This document shows, one piece after another, positions 21,179 through 32,616 of a DNA stretch of 64,000 bases (positions are counted from its first letter, which is position 1; the number at the start of each line of letters is the position of its first letter). Both the position numbers and the translations under genes were made by a program. Source of the stretch: Curvularia clavata (taxonomy: Eukaryota); NCBI GenBank assembly GCA_023920165.1, contig CP089275.1:3658001-3722000 (forward strand), written 5' to 3'. The notes below the pieces were generated by a model. It ran no database searches. It was not told the DNA's origin and saw only the letters and a program-made list of their open reading frames with translations.

Positions 21179-24157
21179 ATGCTCACGACTGGCGCTCCGC
21201 TCCGTAACTGGACTTTTCTTCTGCTGCTATGCAGCTCGTCTACACTGGTTTCCGCTGACACGGCGGCGAATGAGACGGTGACGACTAAATCAAGCGCTAC
21301 TGGTGCATATCCAGGTGCCACGACACACCACACGTCGCATGCCACCTCCGTGCCTTTGTCCTCGCCCTCGCCCTTGTCCACGCGAAGGTACTCCGATAGC
21401 GAGAGCACCTCTCCGTACCGCACGATAAACTACATCACGCATACGTTACCACAGCAATGTGCAAAGACAAGCTGGTCAGCGCCGGGGGAGACGGCCGCTG
21501 TGAACGGTACAGCGGTTGAGGCAGGGGCCTTGGCAGGTCTGCAGACCGCGATCCCTGGGATATGGGAGGGGCCGGACAGTATTGCAAAGGACGAGAGAAG
21601 GAACGCCAATTCAGAAGCATCTTCACAACCAGACGCGACGGGCTCGGCGCCAAGTGCAACACCCAGCGGTACGGGAGGTGCACAGCCCGAGTTGGAGCTC
21701 GAGGTAGACTCGCCGTTCGACAATGCCAACTTCTTGTCGTTTGAGGAGTGGAAAAAGAAGAACCTGGCCAAGGTCGGCCAGTCGCCTGAAAATGTTGGGC
21801 AGGGAAGACCGGCAGCATCGAACCAGGCTCCTCGTCGCCGACCCGTCAACGTAAATGCCTTGGACTCGTTGGGTGATGAGGGCGAGATCTCGATTGATTT
21901 CAGCGGATTTGGACGTCCAGAAGATGGGGGTGTAGCGAACAGTGTCCAGCAAGTCAAACAAAACACCGAAGCTACGAAGGCTGCAAATGGCCAAGGCAAG
22001 GTGGCTCCCGGCTCGTTTGCGCTAAGCAAAGATGCTGGTAAGACGTGCAAAGAGCGGTTCAACTATGCGTCGTTTGACTGCGCCGCTACGGTTCTCAAGA
22101 CTAACAAGCAGGCCAAAAGCTCGTCTGCCATCCTGGTAGAGAATAAGGACAGCTACATGCTGAACATATGTTCAGCCGATAACAAGTTCCTCATAGTTGA
22201 GCTCTGCGACGATATTCTAGTCGACACTGTTGTTCTTGCAAACTACGAGTTCTTTTCTTCCATGTTCAGGCACTTTAGAGTCAGCGTGTCAGACCGTTAC
22301 CCTGTTAAGATGGAGAAATGGCGGACGCTCGGCACGTTTGAAGCACGCAACTCTCGTGATATCCAGCCTTTTCTCATCACCGAGCCCCAGATTTGGGCGA
22401 GGTATCTTCGCATCGAGTTTTTGACACAGTTTGGGAATGAGTACTACTGTCCGCTTAGCTTGCTCCGAGTACACGGTACAACAATGTTGGAGCAGTTTAG
22501 GCAAGAGGAGGAAGAAGCGAGGGGTATCGATGATGAGGAAGATCTAGAGGCTGAGGGTGTAGATGTCAAGAAACCGGCTGCGGATAGTGGGCCATTGCCT
22601 CCAGAGGAAATACCGATTGAAGCTCTGAAAGATGATGGCGTAAAGTCTGCAGTGTCACAGACTATTTACACCAATTACGAGAGTATCTCTGAACCCCATG
22701 TGGAAACAAGAACTACCGGCTCATCTGACATCAATGACTCGTCTACAGTCACAAACGAGCAGTTAATGGGCCACGCGACTGGCATATCTCAGACCCAACG
22801 GGCTCCAGAGCAAAGCCCGACTTCATCGCCAACTTCTACAGTTAACTCAAAAAATTTAAACACTGCAGCTACTGGCGAAAGCAAGGCCCCTACTGCGCCT
22901 TCGACAGCTGACAAGGCCGAAGTCTCTCCCCCAACTCAGAGTTCTGTCACTGGTTCTCCAGTGGCCAACATCTCTCCTCCAAGCGACAATGCTGCAAGTT
23001 CATCAACCGAATCGACAGCGTCGGCGTCTCCAAGTTCGTCGTCCAAAACTTCTGGTAATGGCACAGTCATTTCTTCGCAACAGCAGTCGCCAGGACGGGG
23101 TTCAGCTACACAGCCAAATGCTCCCACACCGTCCACTCAAGAGTCATTCTTCAAGTCAATCCATAAACGCCTGCAGTATCTCGAGGCCAACAGTACTCTG
23201 TCGTTGCAATACATCGAAGAACAGTCACGTGCGCTTCGCGATGCATTCATCAAAACGGAGAAGCGGCAGCTCGCGAAAACCGAGAAATTCCTGGACCACC
23301 TCAACAGTACGGTGATGATTGAGCTCAAGAGCTTTCGGAACATGTACGATCAGCTATGGCAGAGTACAGTCATTGAGCTGGAGAGTATGAAGGAGCGGCA
23401 GAAGTCTGAAATGGGCGAGATTAGCACACGGCTTAGTCTGCTAGCAGACGAGCTTGTGTGGCAGAAGAGGATGGCTGTAGTGCAGTCTACCCTTCTACTT
23501 CTGTGCCTCGGATTAGTCCTCTTTGTGCGGTCAGGCACTCTAGGATCCAGCGCAGATGTACCCATCGTACACCAGCTAGGCAGCAAGTACACCAGCTTCT
23601 TCGAGACTTCGCCATCGCGCAGCCCACCGAATGCCTCAGGCATAGCAAGACGCCGCAGCACACTGCGCAACATGTGGCGAAGTGACACTTCCGCCGGCTT
23701 GAGCGACCACCATAGCGACGGCCGCCACGCCATGTCTGACGCTGAAACCGACGGCCTCCGCAGTCCCACACAAGACGAATGCCCCGACACCCCCATCGTT
23801 CGCCGCGAAAGCAGTTCCTCCCTCCACCTCCTCGACAGCAGAGACACCACACCCGTCCGTCATCACCAGGAAAACCTCTCTCCCGGGCAAACTCCCGACG
23901 ACCAAGCCGTTCGCATCCAAGTCCTCGCCACGCAATCTGGTCCCGCTACACCAAACGGAACCCGCGATAGTAGGCCCTCGTGGGAAGAAGTTGATCGTGC
24001 AATCGATTTGTTGAAGGCAGAGGAGCAGAATCAATCTCCGCCTTCGCCCAATTCGAGGCACAAGGATCGAGGTGGGAAGAAGAAGAAGAGAAGTCCGCTC
24101 AGGAGAGCGCATAGTAATTTTGAGAGTTTGGGGGATGAGGGGGCAGAGGGGAAGTAG
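21179..24157 (+). CDS. SLP1: Mid-SUN domain ER membrane protein (Slp1-like)
   Basis: Signal peptide; FLSFEEWKK, KERFNYASFDCAA, ENKDSYMLN, ANYEFFSS, LRVHGTT; QESFFKSIHKRL coiled coil; C-terminal TM segment. Confidence 0.9.
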   Translation: MLTTGAPLRNWTFLLLLCSSSTLVSADTAANETVTTKSSATGAYPGATTHHTSHATSVPLSSPSPLSTRRYSDSESTSPYRTINYITHTLPQQCAKTSWSAPGETAAVNGTAVEAGALAGLQTAIPGIWEGPDSIAKDERRNANSEASSQPDATGSAPSATPSGTGGAQPELELEVDSPFDNANFLSFEEWKKKNLAKVGQSPENVGQGRPAASNQAPRRRPVNVNALDSLGDEGEISIDFSGFGRPEDGGVANSVQQVKQNTEATKAANGQGKVAPGSFALSKDAGKTCKERFNYASFDCAATVLKTNKQAKSSSAILVENKDSYMLNICSADNKFLIVELCDDILVDTVVLANYEFFSSMFRHFRVSVSDRYPVKMEKWRTLGTFEARNSRDIQPFLITEPQIWARYLRIEFLTQFGNEYYCPLSLLRVHGTTMLEQFRQEEEEARGIDDEEDLEAEGVDVKKPAADSGPLPPEEIPIEALKDDGVKSAVSQTIYTNYESISEPHVETRTTGSSDINDSSTVTNEQLMGHATGISQTQRAPEQSPTSSPTSTVNSKNLNTAATGESKAPTAPSTADKAEVSPPTQSSVTGSPVANISPPSDNAASSSTESTASASPSSSSKTSGNGTVISSQQQSPGRGSATQPNAPTPSTQESFFKSIHKRLQYLEANSTLSLQYIEEQSRALRDAFIKTEKRQLAKTEKFLDHLNSTVMIELKSFRNMYDQLWQSTVIELESMKERQKSEMGEISTRLSLLADELVWQKRMAVVQSTLLLLCLGLVLFVRSGTLGSSADVPIVHQLGSKYTSFFETSPSRSPPNASGIARRRSTLRNMWRSDTSAGLSDHHSDGRHAMSDAETDGLRSPTQDECPDTPIVRRESSSSLHLLDSRDTTPVRHHQENLSPGQTPDDQAVRIQVLATQSGPATPNGTRDSRPSWEEVDRAIDLLKAEEQNQSPPSPNSRHKDRGGKKKKRSPLRRAHSNFESLGDEGAEGK

Positions 24158-24597
24158 GATAAGGGGGGTCATTGGCGTTTTGGCTTTTTCCCTGTTGATC
24201 ATATTTACTGAAAAGGGGGGATCACGGCTGTGTTTTATCCTCGCCGTCTAGCATACAGCGGGCGTTCTTGTTTCCATGTTCTCGGGTTGATATACCAGTC
24301 TTCTTTCACATTTCTTGCCAAAACAAGTCAGATTCCAAGTCAGACTCGTACAGGCGTAGAAAATTGTACTTGTATGCATAGATTAGTTTTGAATCAGACT
24401 ATCATTCTCTTTCATACATACACACTCTCTCCCTCTCCTTGATACTACAATTTCTCCACATCAAAGCCACGTTATCCAAGGACTCCACTCGTATCCCAAA
24501 ATCCGCATTGTCTCTCACTATCCAGCTCAGCTTGTAGGGAAAAAATCAAGCGTCCTACCTACCCTTCCGAATACATACCGCTACACCCAAGTCCTCA

Positions 24598-26386
24598 CTA
24601 GATATTCATCCCAACCATATCTGCATCACCACCCGCCCTCTCTCCTTCCCTATTCCCATTCTGATCCCCCTCCTTCTGTCTAACAACTGGAACCATATTT
24701 ACCACCGGCGCTCCAGCTGTCCCCATTGACGCATTCTTCCTCGGCCCAAGCAGCGAGTTACCCAGGAAACTTGTCTGTATGCTACTCGGACTACTTGTGC
24801 GCCGTCGAATGTCTGTGGCGTTGTTGGTCTGAAAACGTTGGACAGATTCTCGATGTAGAGCTGTGATGCTAGTGTATGTTGTGTGCAAGTCTGATGTGCG
24901 TAGTATAGAGGGAGAGATGTGTTGGGGTGTGTTGGAAGTGGAGGTGGAAGGGGGAGGGTGAGGGTTTCTGTATGTGATTGAGTCTGGGGAAGAAGACGAG
25001 TCAGAGGGTGAGAATGAGACTGAATATTCTGAGGGTTGATTAGAGGGAGGTGAAGGGGGCTGAGGGAGAGGGGAGTGTGTATGAGGTGGTGGAGGTGTGG
25101 TGGATAAGCGCGATGGAATAGTGGTATTGGTTTTGAAAGTGCTTTTAGGTCGTGAGACAGGATGGCCAGTGGAGGTAGTGTGATAAATGCCGCCAACACT
25201 GTCATGCTTCGTAGAGACACAGTGGGTTTCAGCCTCACCACTGCGTGAAGACACCTCGAAATTGTGTCTGTGCCTCGGAGTCTCTCGGTCCACGGGTTCG
25301 CCGATCGTCTCGTCGAAGTCCTGCAACACATGTTTCAAGGCATCGATTGAGTTGTGGAGGGCAGAAAGGTCGCTGCCGGACGTGGAGTAGATGCCGACGA
25401 GGTTGCGGGATGCGTTTATCAGGTTGTCCAAGTGGGGAAAGGCAGTCTGCACCATGGTGTTGAAGAGGGAGATTTTGGTGCTGTTGGGGATGGCATCGAG
25501 GATCCTGCTGTTTGCATCTCTGGGGATGGTATCGATTGTTTTGCTTTCGGTGTCTTCCAGGACAGTGTCGAGGGCGGCGCGCTTGCGCTTATTGGAATTG
25601 CGTGGCTGCACATCGAGTGTTGTGTTTTTTGCGTCCTCTGAAATGCTTTTGGAGATGTGCTGTTTGACTTTCTGGCTTGATTTGTGCTCCACTGGATGTT
25701 TTGCTGGTCATTGTCAGATTTGTTATTGGGCGGGACAATGTCGTACTTACATGGCGAGGCTGTAGGGACCTTAGTCTTTGGTGGGTTGGATCTAGTGAGA
25801 GTCTGGGACATGTTAGTAATACATTGGCACAAACTTTGTATACATCAGATCGCCTCTCTCGACTTCAAAGTCATAATCGACTGACACATGCCTCTTCTTC
25901 ATGAAACGACATTAGCGTCTTGTCCGCTGTTTTGTACGCCGCTCGCCTCTCTTCGTTGATTTTATTCATCCTGGACTGTATGGCGTGGAACTTCTCCTTG
26001 AACAAAGGCATCATGCCCTTGGCAATAAATCCGTGAATGGGCAGGGAGTCCAGAACATCATCGTCCAGTGGAAGCGGATCCTCCATGCGCATTTGTATCT
26101 GGCCGTTTTCTGACACCAAGTAGACTCGGTGAACAGCATTGTTGTTTTCCGAGAATTGGACGTTACCAAGGTCAAAGTAAGCAGCTTCTTCTTTCACTGT
26201 GACCAAGGCCAGTTCGGGCATGATTGCACCGTTGAGCTTGGTGTATATTGGTGGTTCATTTTCGCTTATTCCGTCCAGAAAACTCTCTAGATGATGCGGG
26301 TCTAAGAAGCGCAGCTGATCTCGCAGAATGAGCGCACGTTTCTGTGGCTTGTTGAGCGCATTGAAGGTGGGAGCCTCGATGTTCAT
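24598..26386 (-). CDS. Hypothetical protein, 3 exons; possible folded N-terminal domain and S/P/T-rich disordered C-terminus
   Basis: Exons 26386-25886, 25802-25751, 25703-24598 are phase-compatible via GTCAGT..ACTAAC..CAG and GTAAGT..CTGAC..CAG introns. Confidence 0.65.
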
Positions 26387-27071
26387 GTTTGAGAGGACCG
26401 ATACCGTTTCGGGACCGTGACTGGGTTGTTTGCGCCTACTTATGGCAACCGACTATCCACAAACGAAAGCAGAAGATTCTGAATGTAAGGGTATTGGAGG
26501 TGGAAGAGAAAGCTGTGTTAATGTGAGAGAAAGTGGAAACAGTTTGTTAGTGAGTATAAATACGTTAGAGCACCGCTCAAACGCCGCTCTCTCACTGTTG
26601 CGGTATCCGCAGCGCCGTTCTCAGCCATGGGATTGAGTTTCTTTCACTGACAGCCGGGCCTCTGTTTTGGCTATTATCTGAAAAGCTCAAATCTAAGTAC
26701 CGCAAGCCCAAGTCTCTTGAGAACCAAGATTTCTACCATTTTCAGGTACTGCAGCGTAGTGTACTGTTTAGATCGTACATCCTGTAGTCGATATAGACTT
26801 TTAATCAAAACTTACGGGAAGCCAATAAAGAGTAAGAAAGTCAGGTGACGATCGCGGAGGCGGTCAGACAAAAGCTATTACCATCGAGTACAATTTTGTA
26901 CTCAATTCAATACATAGGTCACAGAAGACATGTCAATCATGGTCAAGACAATTGCCAAAATGGTTGACTGGTGATAAGATTACGACTCTATACTGACCAA
27001 GCCTTCACTTGACATCACGCGTAGGCGTAGTTCAGCTTGAAATATGATAGCAGATATCGCCGCACCAAAGC

Positions 27072-28653
27072 TTACAAATACAAACCTTCTGGCTCACCCT
27101 CGGTCTTCGTCTTGAGCACGCGCTCCCTAGCAGTCCTGAAGTCCTCCATGTTGACACGCATACGGCGCTCACGGAGGGCCATGAGACCAGCTTCCGAACA
27201 GATTGCCTTGACGTCAGCACCTGAAAGGTCGTCTTTCTGGTTGATGAATTCATCGAGGTCGACGTCGTCAGCAAGCGACATCTTGGAGGTGTGAAGGGTG
27301 AAGATCTTCTTCTTGGTGGTTTCTGGGAATGGTCAACATGATGGTTATGCTTTCATCGAGTGCGAGAACTTACGGTCAGGATTCTCGAAGAGAATCTTTC
27401 GGTCAATACGACCAGGACGAATCAGAGCAGGATCCAGTGTCTCAATCTTGTTGGTGGCCATGATAACCTTGACATCACCACGGTCGTCGAAACCGTCCAG
27501 CTGGTTGAGGAGCTCCAGCATCGTTCTTTGAATTTCGCGCTCACCTCCAGAAGTCGAGTCGTAACGCTTGGTACCAATGGCGTCGATTTCATCGATGAAA
27601 ACAATCGAAGGGGCGTTCTCAGCAGCGGTCTGGAACAGTTGTCGAACAAGCCTGGGACCGTCTCCGAGGTATTTTTGGATCAGCTCACTGCCGACAATAC
27701 GCAGGAATGTTGCGCTGGTCTGATTTGCGACAGCCTTGGCCAATAGCGTCTTTCCGGTACCGGGCGCACCATAGAGGATAACACCTTTGGGTGGCTTGAT
27801 GCCCATCTCCTCGTACAGCTCGGGATGCAGTAGCGGCAGCTCGACGGCCTCTCGCACTTCCTGAATTTGTGACTCAAGACCACCAATGTCCGCGTACGAC
27901 TCGGTGGGCGCTTTGTCTAGCTTCATGACCGACACTGAAGGATCGGCATCATCTGTGAGCACACCAACGACGGAGACGGACTTGTGATGCAGAAGAATGC
28001 TCGCTCCCGGCTCCAACAGGTCCTTGTCGACAAAGGACATGATGGAAACGTAGTACTCAGGGCCTGTTGCGCTCGAGACAATGGCGTGGTCGTCGTCGAT
28101 GAGCTCCTCGAGGTTGCCGACGCCCATGGGGCTGCCGCGCATGTCGTCGACGCGTGAACGCTCATCGGCATTCCGGTCTTCGGCACCCTCCCCAGCGTTT
28201 GCTGCAGCGGGCGCATTTCCTTCCTTGACGGCCTTGGCCTTGCGGAGGCGCTCCTGGTTCTCGACATACTCCTCTTCTAACAGCAGGTGGTCGTGGATAC
28301 GCTGCATCCGGAGGTATCGTAGCTTGCATCGCGCGGTCGGGTAGACAGTGGGAAGCTTTGCGGCGGCACTAGGCCCGGCGGCCTTCTTCTTCTTCCTGCC
28401 GATGCGGGTTGTGGGTTGTGGCGGAGGCTCGTACTTTGGCTTATCCTTCTTCACATGGCTGTCAGTGTCTGGGGTGAGGCGACTATGGCGGACTCCCGAA
28501 AGCTGCCATGGCTAGTCCAGCGAGTGGCACGCACCTTATCCTTCTTGCTCTTGTCATCGGGCGGCCCGCCGCCTCCGGCACTCGACTGTTGATTACCCTG
28601 GACACTGTTAGCATGTGCTGGTTGGTGTTTGGGGCAAGCGGCGATATTACCAT
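27072..28653 (-). CDS. RPT2: 26S proteasome AAA-ATPase subunit Rpt2 (PSMC1), 4 exons
   Basis: ATG-only first coding exon, then GNQQS (N-myristoylation-type MG start); [30 protein letters not shown]-terminus PEGLYL. Confidence 0.96.
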
Positions 28654-29362
28654 GACACTCGTTCAGGCAGCAGGAAGTAAATTCAGCGTGTGCACAGATG
28701 AATGGAGACGATTGCCGAATTGCACAGCGCGTGTGGTGGTGGTGAGAGCGATGGGGGCGATTGAGGCGGAGGTTGTTTGTAAGAGGTGTTGAGTTGATGC
28801 GCGGAGGGCGAAGCTCGTGGATGGACGTCGGGGAATCGGGGTTAGCCCTGTGGCGTCACTGCACCTCGATACCGCTTGAAGCCTCACCTCCCCGACCTCC
28901 ATACAAGGACAGACACGTCAGGCCCCGTCCGACAGGCATATGCCAGAGAATAAGCACACAATACTCTCTTAAAACCCAGTTCTGGTTCCAGGCCGTTTGC
29001 ACAATTTCATAGACAAACGCCCTTGTCCGAGCTGCAACCCCGCCGTGACAAACCCAAGTTCCCCCACGCCGTCACTTGGTACCTACTTGGCCATCGCCTT
29101 CATTTGTACGGTACACGTGGGTCAAGTCTTCATCTTGTCTCTCTCTTTCCAACCAGACTCCACTGCACATCCTTGGATATCTCAGCCTTGTGAATCGACC
29201 TCTCGCCGCAGCCGCTACTGTCTTGGAGCCTGGATCACCTTGCGGGCCTCAGGCTGACTCTCGTGTCTAGAAATACCTTGGTTGCACCCACCTGCTGCCT
29301 GCCTCAGCTTGCCCAATCCCCTTCTTGCTAGCCACAACGACACAAACCCATCAACTCGCGCC

Positions 29363-30162
29363 ATGGCCTCCTCGAACCGGAGCAGGCGCATCGCAAAGGA
29401 GATTGCCGACATCCAGAACGACCAGCTTTCCAAGATCGTCGTCGAGCCGGCCGGGAACGGAGACGACCTCACACATCTGCGCGGCCAGTTCCTAGGGCCT
29501 CCTGATACGCCGTACGAGGGCGCCACCTACTATGTCGACATCAAGATCCCCAATGAGTATCCTTTCCGCCCGCCAGTCATGAAGTTCGAGACAAAGATCT
29601 GGCACCCCAACGTCAGCTCCCAGACGGTAAGCTATCTATCAGCCTGGCGGCCCTGGGACTGCAACAGAACTAACAAAGACAGGGTGCTATCTGCCTTGAC
29701 ACGCTATCGTCCCAGTGGTCCCCGGTCCTGACCATCAAGTCCGCCCTCATCTCACTCCAGTCTCTCCTCAGCACACCCGAGCCCAAGGACCCTCAAGACG
29801 CAGAGGTAGCTGGTATGCTGATCCGTAACCCCGCAGAGTTCGAGCACAAGGCTCGTGAGTGGGCAGTCAAGTACGCTGGTGCGCCCCAGAAGGAAATCGC
29901 TGAGGGCAGTGGAGGTGCTACAGCAGCGTCCATCAAGAAGAAGGCCCAAGAAGCGAAACAGAATGAGGAAAAGTCCAAGCTGGCAGCATACCGGGGCTAC
30001 AACAAAGACCTAATAGATCGCTTCGTGGCCATGGGTTTCGACGTCGAGGCTGTCGTCGAAGCCTTCGAGTACGTGGGCATTGACCGCATGGGCGGCGAAG
30101 ATTACGAGTTGGAGGAGGCTTACATGGGCGACATTACAGCTCGCCTGTTTGGCGAAGCTTGA
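29363..30162 (+). CDS. UBC1: Ubiquitin-conjugating enzyme Ubc1/E2-25K with C-terminal UBA domain, 2 exons
   Basis: RRIAKE, GPPDTPYEG, HPNVSSQT|GAICLD, PQDAEVA, MGF UBA motif; intron 29627-29682. Confidence 0.93.
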
Positions 30163-30761
30163 AATATTCTTCATGTTTTCGCACCAATTCTACACAGTGT
30201 CCCTAGACCGTCGGCAAGGGCTCATCCGCCCCCTGGTAAACGTCACAGCCAGCCTCTCCTCAATTGGTTCTTGGCGTGCGTTCGAGAGTCTCAAGGCTAG
30301 AACTGTCAAGGCTTCTAGACCATTGTGACTGTGCTACTGGTACGGCACACTTGCGTTTTCCTTTTCATCATGCTATCCAACTTCTTATCAATCAAGGCGT
30401 CATATCACCGGTGTTTATGGCGAGCAGGCAGACGACACCCCAGGATAGTGAACAACTCAATCAAACAATTTCTATCAAATATCTCCGGTCCTTTCGACCA
30501 GACGTGAATCGTTCGTTAATGCCAACAGGTGCTAGCATGGACCACAATTTGAAACAGGGAAGAAGATTACAGTAGGACAATCTGGTGGGCTGCCCATCTG
30601 AGTTCTCATTAACGAAACAACGCCAAACGCAGTGCTCAATACTCCTACAGGATATCTCTGATATATATACCATCGCAATTGCCTTTGCACCTTGCAATAA
30701 AAATATTAACAAAAAAAAGTAATTCTTCTTTATCCTCGCTCGCACGCACGAGATGTTTCAC

Positions 30762-31260
30762 TCAGCGCCCCTTTTTCGCATCCTCGACAGTCGAAACAGG
30801 AATAATAACGTGTCCCTCCATCGTATTCGGAGTATCTGCAGACGCTGCCGGTGACAGCGACAGCGGCGCGCGACCCGAGAAGACCTTGCCTATTGACTCG
30901 ACAATCTCTCTTACGTAGATAGCTATTGCCGTTAGCCATTCCAGTCCTCCTTCTACCAAAAGTCGCGCAAGGGTCAAACTCACTCTTGTCGTCATATGTA
31001 TACGTAAAATGCCCATTGCAGCTAACATTGCCCTCCTTACCCGGCAGGCTAACCTTCTCGCAGTCGTGCGTAATACCCTTTGGATTCGTCGCGTTGGTGA
31101 AGCGAGCAGTCAGCGTATCGGATGTCATGTCTGGTATCTTTGTCCGCGAGAGAGTAACATTCCAGGTGCCTAGGTAGGAGAGACTGTGGCTGGGGGCCGG
31201 GATGCTGGCGGCGGATGCAGTCGCCGCGAGAACAATGAGCGAAGAGAGCGAGAAGTGCAT
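30762..31260 (-). CDS. Small secreted protein (about 145 aa, 2 Cys), effector candidate
   Basis: Signal peptide MHFSLSSLIVLAATASA; intron 30983-30923 (GTGAGT..GCTAAC..TAG) keeps frame. Confidence 0.8.
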
Positions 31261-32616
31261 GGTGACGAGTATTGTTGTGTGTGCGGATGGGTGGTTCAGG
31301 GGGAGGCGTCAATGTGGATAGAGTTGCCTATGTATGGCGTCGTTCTTCTTGTTCGCAAAACGAAACGAAACAAGAAACAGGAAACGAGAGATCACTGACA
31401 GCGGTACGACATGCAAGAACAAAATATCCTGGGCAAAAGAACCCTTTATGACAATGGCGTCCCCCTTGTAATGAAGTACCTCTGCCCGTTGCGTTTCAGC
31501 GCTCTCCTCGCGTTTTGATTGGGCAGCTGGTTACTTAGATTAGTACAGCCGGCCGGCTGGGGCCAATGCGGGCGCCAGTTTTTATGCCGCGCAATGTGAT
31601 GCCCTGCAAGGGGCCGGGTAAGCACTGGGTGTTTTATAGGGTTCTGGAGGGTTGTACATTACCCCTTGTGGAGTAGCGCGTGTAGGATTGAGTGTACGGA
31701 TGGGGTTTTGTGGGGCGCAAGAGCATTGCGGGTGCGTTCTGGAAGGCGGGAGAGGAGGCGTGGTGATTGGATGGGGATGCTTGATCTGACTGCGCGAGGG
31801 CTTGGGATAGTCGTGCGAGTGTCTTGTGGCTGAGAGTGTGTGGACTACGGCCGTTGCAGGTGTTGATGCCCTGCCTGGCTTGTGCAATGGTGGTAATCGG
31901 CGATGCGACTCTACCGATGCCGTCAACTATGTGTGCTAATTTAGTCCCCAATCTATTCTAGTTCATAAGATTGTACCATGGCAGTAGTTGAGAAAGCTTT
32001 TAGAGAGTAAGTGTACGCCTGCATGAATGATCGTTGACTTGCTGCGCGGAATGTGGCCTGCGGATTCCCAGCGACCATTCAACTCTCTCTTTTGAAGTAT
32101 TACAGCATCTAGGTTTCAATTGTGTTCTTTGAGTCGATGCTATTGCCTCTGATCATAACGTACTTTTCAAACTCTATTTTCCTAGTTGATCATATTGGGG
32201 CAATATCCAACGGAAGAATAAGCAACTCTAGCCAAGTTATTGAGTTTTATAAAATAGTTTCGCAACGAAGTAGACATGGATTGTCGTGACGTAACTTCTA
32301 AGAATTCTGCGATTGCCTCTTTGTAACTTATCTCGTTGACCAACAAGATACCCTACATCCTTTGCCCACTGCACCCTCTACATACATATACGGCTCGGCA
32401 GTCATGCTAATTACCATCAGCCGCTAGGCATGATTACGGCGATATAAGTGCACTATTTAGTCCGCTAGCAGAACATGCGTGTCACCAGGAAACCAGGGGG
32501 GTACCCGATAGTACTAGAACCTGAAAAGAAATGCCGCAGGAAGGGTCGAAAGACATTACTCATTACTTCTACCAATGTCACGGTAGCACGTACTACTCTA
32601 GATTTGCTCCAAACCC

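Noticed and set aside
28651..28653. ATG-only first coding exon of RPT2
   Set aside because: Common architecture in filamentous ascomycetes, not novel
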